From: an uncultured bacterium
GTDB taxonomy: Bacteria; Oederibacteriota; Oederibacteriia; Oederibacteriales; Oederibacteriaceae
DNA: 64,000 bases
Assembly (NCBI GenBank): GCA_965112635.1
Contig: OZ218778.1
Location: forward strand, 1,280,001 to 1,344,000
Direction: 5' to 3'
Part shown: piece by piece, positions 56,322 to 64,000 of the stretch
How positions within the stretch are numbered: the first letter of the stretch is position 1
Layout of the letters: the number at the start of each line of letters is the position of its first letter
Notes under the pieces: model-generated
What the model was told of the DNA's origin: nothing
What the model saw: the letters and a program-made list of their open reading frames with translations, nothing else
Databases searched by the model: none
Made by a program: the position numbers and the translations under genes

Positions 56322-58046
56322 TTGCAAAGGTTCCTCATAGGAGTAGTGGTCTTTGTTCTTCTGATGGGAATCGCCGTGGCCTTAGCCATGGTCCTGCCGT
56401 GGATGTCGCTGGTCCTTTGTGCTGCTGTGGGTGTCGCCCTGATCAAATTTCAGAACCCCAGATCGTTCTTTCTAGCCCTTCGTCCCATACAAGAATATCT
56501 ACTGCTTCTGGCGGTTTTGATCGTAGGGTATTGGGTTTGGCTGAAGATTTTTTTGGCTAGCAACACAGGATATGCTTTCCCTATAGTCTTGGCCAGCCTC
56601 CTGGTCCCTGTGGCTTTTTATTTTGTCCTGAGAAATTTCCTAGGATCCTTGCTGAGCCACTTTGTCCTAGCGGTATTTTTTATGCTTCTCTGCATGTCTT
56701 CACTGACCCCTGTGGACCTGACCCAACTGTTCTTTATTGTTATGGGATTCTATTTCCTTGGGAAGGCCTTGTTAAATCTGAACCGTACAGCTTTCATTTT
56801 GCTGGGTATATGTCTGGTTGCCCTCTTGTTCCTTCACAATTACATCGCCTGTATTTTATTTATCCTTTGCTTGCTCAATAAGGCTTTGGCCCGAAAAAGA
56901 ACATTTGCTGCCCTGTCGGTCCGAATGTTAAAGAATAAATGGTCTTATATTGTGACCATAGCCATCTTGCTGGGGTATATATTTTTCGGGGCCAGGATGA
57001 TCGTGCCTCAGAGCACGACCAATCCTTTCCCGGACAACCTGGTCGCCGTCCTATTTTGGGCTGGATTATTTTTTGCCGCCCTCCATTGGTATAACAGTCC
57101 GAAAGTTGATCCAAATCTTTCCAAAACCGATTTGCTATCCCTTAGCTTATTTTGGTTCCTTCTGGTCGGTCTCAGCATGAAGAACTATGCGACCTCCCAG
57201 ATATTTTTTAATAGCTTTCCAGTTCTATCGCTGCCTTTTGTCGCCATCATCCTTGGCATATTTTTAGAGAGGGTTTTGATGTCGTTTCTAAAAAGGTTCC
57301 CGCTCCCTTACCTGCGAACCAGCGTTCTGTTCTTTGTTTTGTGTTTAGCTGGGATCCTAGTGTTCCATTACCTCTCCTTGCGGCCAAAAAAGCCCGCTCC
57401 GGAAAATAATGGAGTGTATAGCGAAGAGACCTATCAAGGAGCCACCTCGGTCACGGAAGTTATTCCAACCCCGTTTCCTCCCGTACCAAGAGTTTATCCG
57501 ACGAAGAGACATAATATAAAATTCGCCGCAATCCATCATCATGCTGTTCGCAGGCATTTCAATCATCATAGAAATAAGACGAAGGAAGTCCCCGCAGACA
57601 ACATGGCAGGCATTCCTGTTCCCGCAGAGTTAAAAGATTTTGCTGGGTTAAATTTCAAATTTGTCGATACAGATGGCAAAGAAAAGGCAGCGCAGGTGAC
57701 CACGAATTTTGACCTAGGTGCTGTTGAGGCCATGGGGGAGGATAGTGGCCAGGCCAGTTGGAAGGGTTTTTTCTATGCTCCTTATTCAGGTTCCTATACT
57801 TTTGCGGTCCAGACAAATCAGAGGTTAAAGCTGATTTTGGATGATAGTGAAATCATCTCGAAGACAGATGATTCAGCGGAGCAAAGGACTTATTCAAAGC
57901 AACTCAGGAGGGGGGTCTATTCGATAGGTTTGCAAATGAAGTATAAACAACAAACAATTTTGTTGGTTTTATGGGGCAAAGATATTGACCATTTACAAGA
58001 AATTTCCTCTCCATTTTTATACCATAAGGCTGTTCCGGTAAAATAA
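56322..58046 (+). CDS. Polytopic membrane protein with C-terminal PA14-like domain
   Basis: Many TM segments, then a Pro/His-rich linker and ASWKGFFYAPYSGSYTFAV..LRRGVYSIGLQ..VLWG. TTG 56322 after AAGGAG; the longer ORF call overlaps rnpB. Confidence 0.65.
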   Translation: MQRFLIGVVVFVLLMGIAVALAMVLPWMSLVLCAAVGVALIKFQNPRSFFLALRPIQEYLLLLAVLIVGYWVWLKIFLASNTGYAFPIVLASLLVPVAFYFVLRNFLGSLLSHFVLAVFFMLLCMSSLTPVDLTQLFFIVMGFYFLGKALLNLNRTAFILLGICLVALLFLHNYIACILFILCLLNKALARKRTFAALSVRMLKNKWSYIVTIAILLGYIFFGARMIVPQSTTNPFPDNLVAVLFWAGLFFAALHWYNSPKVDPNLSKTDLLSLSLFWFLLVGLSMKNYATSQIFFNSFPVLSLPFVAIILGIFLERVLMSFLKRFPLPYLRTSVLFFVLCLAGILVFHYLSLRPKKPAPENNGVYSEETYQGATSVTEVIPTPFPPVPRVYPTKRHNIKFAAIHHHAVRRHFNHHRNKTKEVPADNMAGIPVPAELKDFAGLNFKFVDTDGKEKAAQVTTNFDLGAVEAMGEDSGQASWKGFFYAPYSGSYTFAVQTNQRLKLILDDSEIISKTDDSAEQRTYSKQLRRGVYSIGLQMKYKQQTILLVLWGKDIDHLQEISSPFLYHKAVPVK

Positions 58047-58176
58047 TCCCCTTTTTTCTTTCAATTCCTGGGTTTTTTAATGTTTCCCTGCCTAAAAGTG
58101 TTGAAAATAAAATAATTAACCGCTGTTTTTATTTAATAACACTTCCCTCTATTTTCTAATAAACCTTGTCCTAATA

Positions 58177-58249
58177 TTGACTAAAAAACAGCCAAGTGGT
58201 AGCATTTGGTTTGATGTGGTTTTAAGTGGTGGCAAATGGAGGAAAGTAG
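58177..58249 (+). promoter_or_regulatory. dcw promoter with MraZ-binding repeats
   Basis: TTGACT-17-TAGCAT; GTGG-like tetramers every 10 bp at 58196, 58206, 58216, 58226, 58236 and 58246. Confidence 0.8.
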
Positions 58250-58283
58250 CTCCAAGCATCCTTAAAGTCAAGGGAGAATTATT

Positions 58284-58730
58284 TTGTTTACAGGGGAATA
58301 TCAGCACAAATTGGACAACAAGGGCAGGGTCATTTTGCCCAAAAAACTGAGGCATGACCCTGAACCTATACAGGCTTTCATGCTGACAGTCAGCTTAGAC
58401 AACTGCATTGCCGCCTATACCATGGAGGCCTGGGATAACTTTACCCATGGGATGGAACCTGCCCCATGGGAGGATAAAAGCGTCAGAGCTTATAAAAGGC
58501 TCATTTTTGCCAATGCCGTCCTATCTGAACCTGACCGCCAAGGCAGGATTTTTTTACCGCTTAATCTTCGGAGTTACGCCCAGATCCAAAAAGAGATCGT
58601 TATAGCCGGTGCAGGCAATCACATCGAGATCTGGGATAAGCGCTTATGGGAAGAATACGACCATAATTCCGAGCAAGAGTTCGTTGAGCACGCCGGTAAA
58701 ATCCCCAGTTACGGGAAAAAAGAGAAGTAA
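58284..58730 (+). CDS. mraZ: Transcriptional regulator MraZ
   Basis: MFTGEYQHKLDNKGRVILP, DRQGRIFLP and HIEIWD. Confidence 0.96.
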   Translation: MFTGEYQHKLDNKGRVILPKKLRHDPEPIQAFMLTVSLDNCIAAYTMEAWDNFTHGMEPAPWEDKSVRAYKRLIFANAVLSEPDRQGRIFLPLNLRSYAQIQKEIVIAGAGNHIEIWDKRLWEEYDHNSEQEFVEHAGKIPSYGKKEK

Positions 58731-58831
58731 CGAAGAAGGGTTTTCGTGGTCAAACAGCTATCCATAAATTTTATTTTTTTTCCAGCGGCCTATAAGGTGG
58801 CCGGCGCTCTATTTTCCATAAAGGCGGCCGC

Positions 58832-59809
58832 ATGAAACAGGCTCATCAGCCTGTTTTGGTCAAAGAAATCTTGCAATGGCTCTTTCCACCCCTCGAATGG
58901 ATCACCCAGAAAAAGCAGATCAGAATCGTTGACGCCACTGTAGGCGCGGGAGGGCACGCCCAGGCGCTTTTGACTCAAATCAATCGTTTGAAGGGACGAG
59001 TCAATCTTTTAGGCCTGGACCAGGATCAATCGATCCTGAAGATAGCCTCCCAAAAACTTAGGCAATTTAAAAAACAGGTCAGGCTTGTGCAGGCGAACTT
59101 CACGGGTCTGCTTGAAGTTTTAAAAAAAGAACATTTTTCGCCTGTGCATTATTTTTTGTTTGATCTGGGGGTTTCTTCCCATCAGTTGGATCAGCCGTCG
59201 AGAGGATTTAGCTTTCAGCAAGAAGGGCCGCTGGACATGCGCATGAACATTTCCAATCTTATCAGCGCCGACCGGGTCATTAATCAATACCCAGAGAATG
59301 ATCTTGCCGAATGTTTTTTCCAGTATGGAGAAGAAAAAAAATCACGCCAAATAGCCAGGGCCATCGTAAGAGCCAGGCAGAAAAAACCCATCCAGACAAC
59401 CACCGAACTGGCCCAGATTGTTTCTTCCGTAGTTGCCAGGGGCCGCCACTGGCCAATCCATCCTGCCACCAAGGTTTTCCAAGCGGTGCGCATCCTGGTC
59501 AATGACGAGCTCCAGGCACTTCGGGAAGGGTTGAAGCAGGCGGTCACTCACCTGGCGCCTCGTGGCCGCATCGCGGTCATCTCTTTCCATTCCCTGGAAG
59601 ACAGGATCACCAAAAGATTTTTTTTGGAACACTCTAAGCCCCTTCTTTGGGAGCCGATAGCCGGGGCGGAAAGCCGGACGGAGGCTAAGGAAGGCCAGAG
59701 CCCCCTTTTAAAAATTCTGACCAAAAAGCCAATCGTACCCCAACCTGACGAGGTTTTGCAAAACCTGCGGTCAAGAAGCGCGAAATTAAGAGTCGCGGAG
59801 GCGCTATGA
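58832..59809 (+). CDS. rsmH: 16S rRNA m4C1402 methyltransferase
   Basis: HQPVL, DATVGAGGH, DLGVSSHQLD..RGFSF..GPLDMRM, SFHSLEDR and RSRSAKLR. Confidence 0.97.
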   Translation: MKQAHQPVLVKEILQWLFPPLEWITQKKQIRIVDATVGAGGHAQALLTQINRLKGRVNLLGLDQDQSILKIASQKLRQFKKQVRLVQANFTGLLEVLKKEHFSPVHYFLFDLGVSSHQLDQPSRGFSFQQEGPLDMRMNISNLISADRVINQYPENDLAECFFQYGEEKKSRQIARAIVRARQKKPIQTTTELAQIVSSVVARGRHWPIHPATKVFQAVRILVNDELQALREGLKQAVTHLAPRGRIAVISFHSLEDRITKRFFLEHSKPLLWEPIAGAESRTEAKEGQSPLLKILTKKPIVPQPDEVLQNLRSRSAKLRVAEAL

Positions 59810-60246
59810 AATTTTTGACCCAATCGTATTTGCTCAATCTGACCTTGAAAGAAAAAAGAGTGGGCGGACAAGTAAAGTCCTTGACCGTTTTCACCTATTT
59901 GAGGATCGCGGTGGTCATTGTTTTTTTTATCATGGGATATGTCTGGGTGCATCTCCAGGTCATCAAGACCGCTTATGAAGTGGCGAAGTTAAGGGACCAG
60001 CGGGAACGGCTGATCAACCAAAAACAACACCTGGAGGTCGAGTTGATGTCCCTGGCCTCCTTCAAACAGGTCGGAACCCGTGGAAGCAGTAACTTGGGAC
60101 TGGTCGTGCCGTCCAAAGACCGTGTCATTTTCGTCGTATCCAGCACCAAGACGAACTCCTTGGTGGATTCGCTGGCCGATAAAGCAAATTTATTTAAGGC
60201 CACTCAACCTCACCGCGAGGGAGAGTTGGTCAAACAAGGGGAGTGA
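59806..60246 (+). CDS. ftsL: Cell division protein FtsL-like
   Basis: Single TM plus coiled coil and LGLVVP; located between rsmH and ftsI. Confidence 0.75.
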   Translation: MKFLTQSYLLNLTLKEKRVGGQVKSLTVFTYLRIAVVIVFFIMGYVWVHLQVIKTAYEVAKLRDQRERLINQKQHLEVELMSLASFKQVGTRGSSNLGLVVPSKDRVIFVVSSTKTNSLVDSLADKANLFKATQPHREGELVKQGE

Positions 60247-60249
60247 CCG

Positions 60250-62325
60250 TTGCCAGCAAAAATAAGCCGTAGCCGGCTCATCATCCTGTTCGTGCTCGTG
60301 GTATGCAGTTTTGCGACCTTGCTCGTGCGCTTGGCCTATTTGCAGGTTTGGAGACATTCGTTCTTGACCGAACTCGCCTCCAAGCAACAGGTCCGGAATC
60401 TCGAAGTGGGTTCGGAGCGGGGCAAGATCATGGATCGGCACGGAGAGAATCTGGCGTTGAGCATCGAGATGTCGTCCGTCATAGCCCATCCCAACGGGAT
60501 CAAGGATAAATGGACCACCGCCAAAACCCTTTCGCCCCTCTTGGGGATGAAAGTTCAGGAGATACTGAGAGCTTTCGCCAGTGACCGCTTCGTCTGGCTC
60601 AAACGGCGCATCCCTTTAGCCAAAGCTCAGGCCATCCAAAACTGCAAGCTCACCGGCATCGAACTGATCAAAGAGTCGCAAAGGTTTTATCCCCAAAAAG
60701 ACCTGGCCTGCCATGTGCTAGGTTTTGTCGGCAATGACCAGGATGGCCTAGAGGGAGTGGAGCTTGTCTGCAATAAATTCCTCAAAGGACGGCCGGGCGT
60801 CATCTGGTCTGAGCAGGACGCCAAAGGCCGCATGCTCCTTTCCAGCCAGGAACTACACCGGCAGGCCGTGCCTGGCTGGGACGTCCGGTTGACCCTGGAC
60901 GCCGTGGTCCAGCAGGCCGCCGAACGGGAACTTTTGGCCTCTTTCGAAAAATATCATTGTCGCCAGGGTTCCGTGATTGTCATCAACCCCAAGAACGGCG
61001 AGATCCTGGCCTTGGCCAACCTGCCTTCCTATGACCCGAACCATTTCAGCGAGTACAAAGAAGAGGTCAGGCGTAATGCTTCCCTGTCCGACAGCTATGA
61101 GCCCGGATCGACCTTCAAGATCATCACGGCCGCGGCACTTTTGGACAAGAATCTTGTCAAGGAAGACGACCAGTTCTTCTGCGAAAACGGCAAATACGTC
61201 ATTCCGCTGCGCCGGAATAAGGTTCACGTCGTTCACGACCACGAGAAGGAGCAGTGGCTGACCTTTCGTGAGGTCATTGAGAAATCCAGTAATATCGGCA
61301 TGGTCAAAGCGGCCAGCCGGCTGGGCAGCCAGGGGATGTTCCAGTACGCCAAGCTTTTCGGCTTTGGTGAGAAGACCGGTATAGACCTGCCTGGCGAGGC
61401 CAGCGGACTTTTGAGGCCTGTGGAAAAGTGGTCCGGAGTTTCCATGTACTCCATCCCCTACGGCCAGGAGATCTCGGTCACTCCGATCCAGCTCTTGGAC
61501 GCGGTCTGTTTGATCGCCAACCGTGGCAAGAAGATCACGCCGCACATCATCAAAAGCGTGATTGACCCGGAGGGCAATGAGGTGGAGGTTGCGGCGACAG
61601 GACAGCTGAGCCCCAAAGCAGTGACCGAACAAACAGGATGGAGGGGCTTGGTGGCAGACCTGAAAAAATTATTTACACGCGACGACAATAAGATACTGAT
61701 CTCCGGGAAGACCTGCGAAAGGGTCAACGAGATCCTCAAAGGGGTCGTGGAGGAGGGAACCGGCACTGAAGCGGCCTTGCCCGGCTACGAGATAGCCGGC
61801 AAGACTGGAACAGCGGAAAAGGTGGATGCCGCAACCAGAGGCTACGCTAAGGGCAAATATGTAGCCTCTTTTATCGGCTACCTGCCCGCCAACGACCCGC
61901 AACTGGCGGTCCTGGTCGTCCTCGATGAACCGCGGGGAGTAATCTGGGGCGGTACCGTTGCAGCGCCTGTCTTCAGGGAGATTACCAAGTCCTGCATCCT
62001 GGCGATGAACATCTTTCCCAACGAAGTCACCAAAGATTCCACCTCGGTCGTGGAAAAGGAAAAGCCCGCCCCCAAAGAGGGTTTCTTTGCCAGGCTGGCC
62101 AGGAAAATGCCGATCGCACAACCGCAAGTTTTTGGGAACCAAAAATTCAGAATGCCCAACCTCAGCGGTAAGACCATGAAGAGTGCCTGGGTGGCTTTAA
62201 AAGAATATCCCATGAAGCTTGTCTTTTCCGGGACCGGGTTGGTCGTTCAGCAGTTTCCCCTGCCGGGCAGGGAAGTCAGCGGGGGTATGACCTGTACTTT
62301 AAAATTCGCTCCCAATATCAAGTGA
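60250..62325 (+). CDS. ftsI: Division penicillin-binding protein (FtsI/PBP3-like) with C-terminal PASTA domain
   Basis: RGKIMDRHG, R.YP..G, GLEGVE, STFK, SSN and KTGT; MPNLSGKT..VVQQFPLPG PASTA. Confidence 0.9.
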   Translation: MPAKISRSRLIILFVLVVCSFATLLVRLAYLQVWRHSFLTELASKQQVRNLEVGSERGKIMDRHGENLALSIEMSSVIAHPNGIKDKWTTAKTLSPLLGMKVQEILRAFASDRFVWLKRRIPLAKAQAIQNCKLTGIELIKESQRFYPQKDLACHVLGFVGNDQDGLEGVELVCNKFLKGRPGVIWSEQDAKGRMLLSSQELHRQAVPGWDVRLTLDAVVQQAAERELLASFEKYHCRQGSVIVINPKNGEILALANLPSYDPNHFSEYKEEVRRNASLSDSYEPGSTFKIITAAALLDKNLVKEDDQFFCENGKYVIPLRRNKVHVVHDHEKEQWLTFREVIEKSSNIGMVKAASRLGSQGMFQYAKLFGFGEKTGIDLPGEASGLLRPVEKWSGVSMYSIPYGQEISVTPIQLLDAVCLIANRGKKITPHIIKSVIDPEGNEVEVAATGQLSPKAVTEQTGWRGLVADLKKLFTRDDNKILISGKTCERVNEILKGVVEEGTGTEAALPGYEIAGKTGTAEKVDAATRGYAKGKYVASFIGYLPANDPQLAVLVVLDEPRGVIWGGTVAAPVFREITKSCILAMNIFPNEVTKDSTSVVEKEKPAPKEGFFARLARKMPIAQPQVFGNQKFRMPNLSGKTMKSAWVALKEYPMKLVFSGTGLVVQQFPLPGREVSGGMTCTLKFAPNIK

Positions 62326-62344
62326 AGGCGGACGAGGAGTGTTG

Positions 62345-63859
62345 ATGAATAAGGTTAAGGCGGGTGCGGGGGTTGCGATAAGGAGTTTGGCGGAGTGCTT
62401 GGCTCACAGCACCCTGGTCGGGCAGCCTGGCACGCTTGTCAAAGGGCTTGCGGAACATTCTCAAAAAGTAAAACGCGGGGACGCCTTTTTTAGCATCCGG
62501 GGAGCCAAGGACGACGGCGACCGTTATTTGAAGGAAGTCGTTAAAAAAGGAGCTGCGGTTTTGGTGCTGGACCGCTGGCATCCGGATTTTAAGGGCATCA
62601 CCCAGCTGGTGGTGCCTGAGGTCAAACAGGCCCTTTCCAGATTGGCCGGTTATTTTTATGGTTTTCCGTCCACTAGGTTAAAAGTGGTCGGAGTGACTGG
62701 AACGAATGGCAAGACCACCACGACCTATCTGATCGAGGCGGTCTTGAAAGAAGCTGGGAAGAAAGTGGGGGTGATAGGCACCATCGCTTACCGTCTTGGC
62801 GGGAAAGTATATCAGGCACCAAACACAACCCCTTCGTCCCTGATGCTGCAGGAGATGATGGCGGAAATGGTCTCAAGGAAAATGAGCCATCTGGTGATGG
62901 AAGTTTCTTCCCATGCCCTGGCCCAGGGCCGGGTGGAGGGCTGTGCTTTTGAGGCTGGAGTTTACACCAACCTGACCCAGGACCATTTGGATTACCATCA
63001 CAACATGAAAGAGTACAGGGAGGCAAAAGCCAAGTTGTTCCGGATGCTGGAAGAGCAGTCGCAAAAAGGGGCGCGGAAGACAGCGGTCTTAAACCAAGAT
63101 GACCCAGCCTCCGTTTATTTCCAAAAGCTCTGCCCCCACGCCAGACACATCACTTATGGATTTCATCGCCGAGCTATGGTGAGACCGTTGCAGTGGGAGT
63201 TGCCCCCCGAAGGGGTCCGGTTCTTGGCAAAGACCCCGTGGGGCAAACAGGAATTCCACCTGGCTTTAGTGGGCAGGTTCAATATCTCCAACGCGCTGGC
63301 CGCCATTGCCACCGGTGGGGCTTTGGGTATCCCTTTGCGGACCATGGCCAGAGGATTGGGAAAAGTCCAGTTCGTGCCGGGCCGCTTTGAGCGCGTCCCT
63401 TTCAAAAAGGGGATCGCGGTCATCGTGGATTTTGCGCATACTCCGGACGCGCTTTCCAAACTGCTGGATACCGCCAGAGAGATGTGTCCAGGCAGGATTA
63501 TCACCGTCTTCGGTTGCGGGGGTGACCGGGACCGCAAAAAAAGGCCATTGATGGCTAGGGTGGTCTCCACCAAAGGCGATTACTGTGTCCTTACTTCGGA
63601 TAATCCCAGGACCGAGGACCCCAAGGCTATCCTCAGAGAAGTTGAAAAAGGGATCGTCGCTGCGGCCAGGAGCCCAAAATCTTTCGAGGTTATCGTGGAC
63701 AGAAAAAAAGCGGTTTTTAAGGCGCTGAGTTTAGCCTGCCCCGGGGATATCGTGCTCATTGCGGGTAAGGGTCACGAGAACTACCAGATCATTGGAAACA
63801 AGCGCTATCCCTACAATGATAAAGAAGTGGTCAAAGAATATTTAAAGAGAAAGCGTTGA
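62345..63859 (+). CDS. murE: UDP-MurNAc-tripeptide synthetase (meso-DAP type)
   Basis: GVTGTNGKTT, MEVSSH, TNLTQDHLDYH, DFAHTPDA, GCGGDRD and DNPR. Confidence 0.96.
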   Translation: MNKVKAGAGVAIRSLAECLAHSTLVGQPGTLVKGLAEHSQKVKRGDAFFSIRGAKDDGDRYLKEVVKKGAAVLVLDRWHPDFKGITQLVVPEVKQALSRLAGYFYGFPSTRLKVVGVTGTNGKTTTTYLIEAVLKEAGKKVGVIGTIAYRLGGKVYQAPNTTPSSLMLQEMMAEMVSRKMSHLVMEVSSHALAQGRVEGCAFEAGVYTNLTQDHLDYHHNMKEYREAKAKLFRMLEEQSQKGARKTAVLNQDDPASVYFQKLCPHARHITYGFHRRAMVRPLQWELPPEGVRFLAKTPWGKQEFHLALVGRFNISNALAAIATGGALGIPLRTMARGLGKVQFVPGRFERVPFKKGIAVIVDFAHTPDALSKLLDTAREMCPGRIITVFGCGGDRDRKKRPLMARVVSTKGDYCVLTSDNPRTEDPKAILREVEKGIVAAARSPKSFEVIVDRKKAVFKALSLACPGDIVLIAGKGHENYQIIGNKRYPYNDKEVVKEYLKRKR

Positions 63860-63869
63860 CGGAGATCTT

Positions 63870-64000
63870 ATGGAAAAGAAATTTTTCACAGTCCAAAATT
63901 TTCTGGACCTGACCCATGGCCGGCTAGTCTCGGGGAAAACAGAGACAGTCCTGGGGAAAATCAGCACAGACAGCAGGAAGATCAAAAAGGGGGAGTTCTT
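63870..64000 (+). CDS. murF: MurF N-terminus (truncated by the window end)
   Basis: MEKKFFTVQ..GKISTDSRKIKKGEF; follows murE. Confidence 0.8.
   Translation, partial: MEKKFFTVQNFLDLTHGRLVSGKTETVLGKISTDSRKIKKGEF

Noticed and set aside
56112-56327. Minus-strand 71-aa ORF and the GTG 56241 start of the PA14-like gene
   Set aside because: Both overlap the RNase P RNA; TTG 56322 has a proper SD.
1-64000. CRISPR arrays, tRNA/rRNA genes, transposases, integrases, prophage or defence genes
   Set aside because: None recognised by eye in the sequence or the ORF track.

Overview
A 64-kb chromosomal segment from a diderm (LPS-making) bacterium. All supported genes but one are on the + strand, and many start with TTG/GTG and overlap their neighbours. 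The C-terminal sorting-domain protein with a Thr/Pro linker, the PorV-like barrel and the pilin type are reminiscent of FCPU426/Elusimicrobia-like lineages; this is inference only. Order: PHP phosphoesterase and aroQ, then a ~33-kb surface-glycosylation region (1.8-35 kb). That region holds two Wzy_C/O-antigen-ligase-like TPR proteins flanking an Nma111/Deg7-like protease, three YfhO-family GT-C proteins, a WD40 protein, two near-identical tandem type IV pilins, UDP-xylose synthase, a kelch-like secreted protein with a T9SS type-A-like CTD next to a PorV-like barrel, Wzx, methyltransferases, two DEPHY-motif GT-C paralogs, GT4s, AsnB and two tandem GAF-GGDEF cyclases. Next is an LPS core/lipid A cluster (35-55 kb): an LpxK-GT9 fusion, six more GT9 genes (eight GT9 domains window-wide), GT2s, WaaL, GmhB, split HldE, KdsB, PyrG and a KdsA-RNase HI fusion. 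The window ends with rnpB and the start of the dcw cluster (mraZ, rsmH, ftsL, ftsI, murE, partial murF). Best candidates for new biology: (i) a multi-GT-C pilin/secreted-protein glycosylation system around duplicated, mosaic pilins; (ii) a T9SS-like cargo + PorV cassette; (iii) the KdsA-RNase HI and LpxK-GT9 fusions; (iv) an apparent ATT start for rfaE1; (v) intergenic palindromic elements. All family assignments come from motif recognition by eye, not from database searches.
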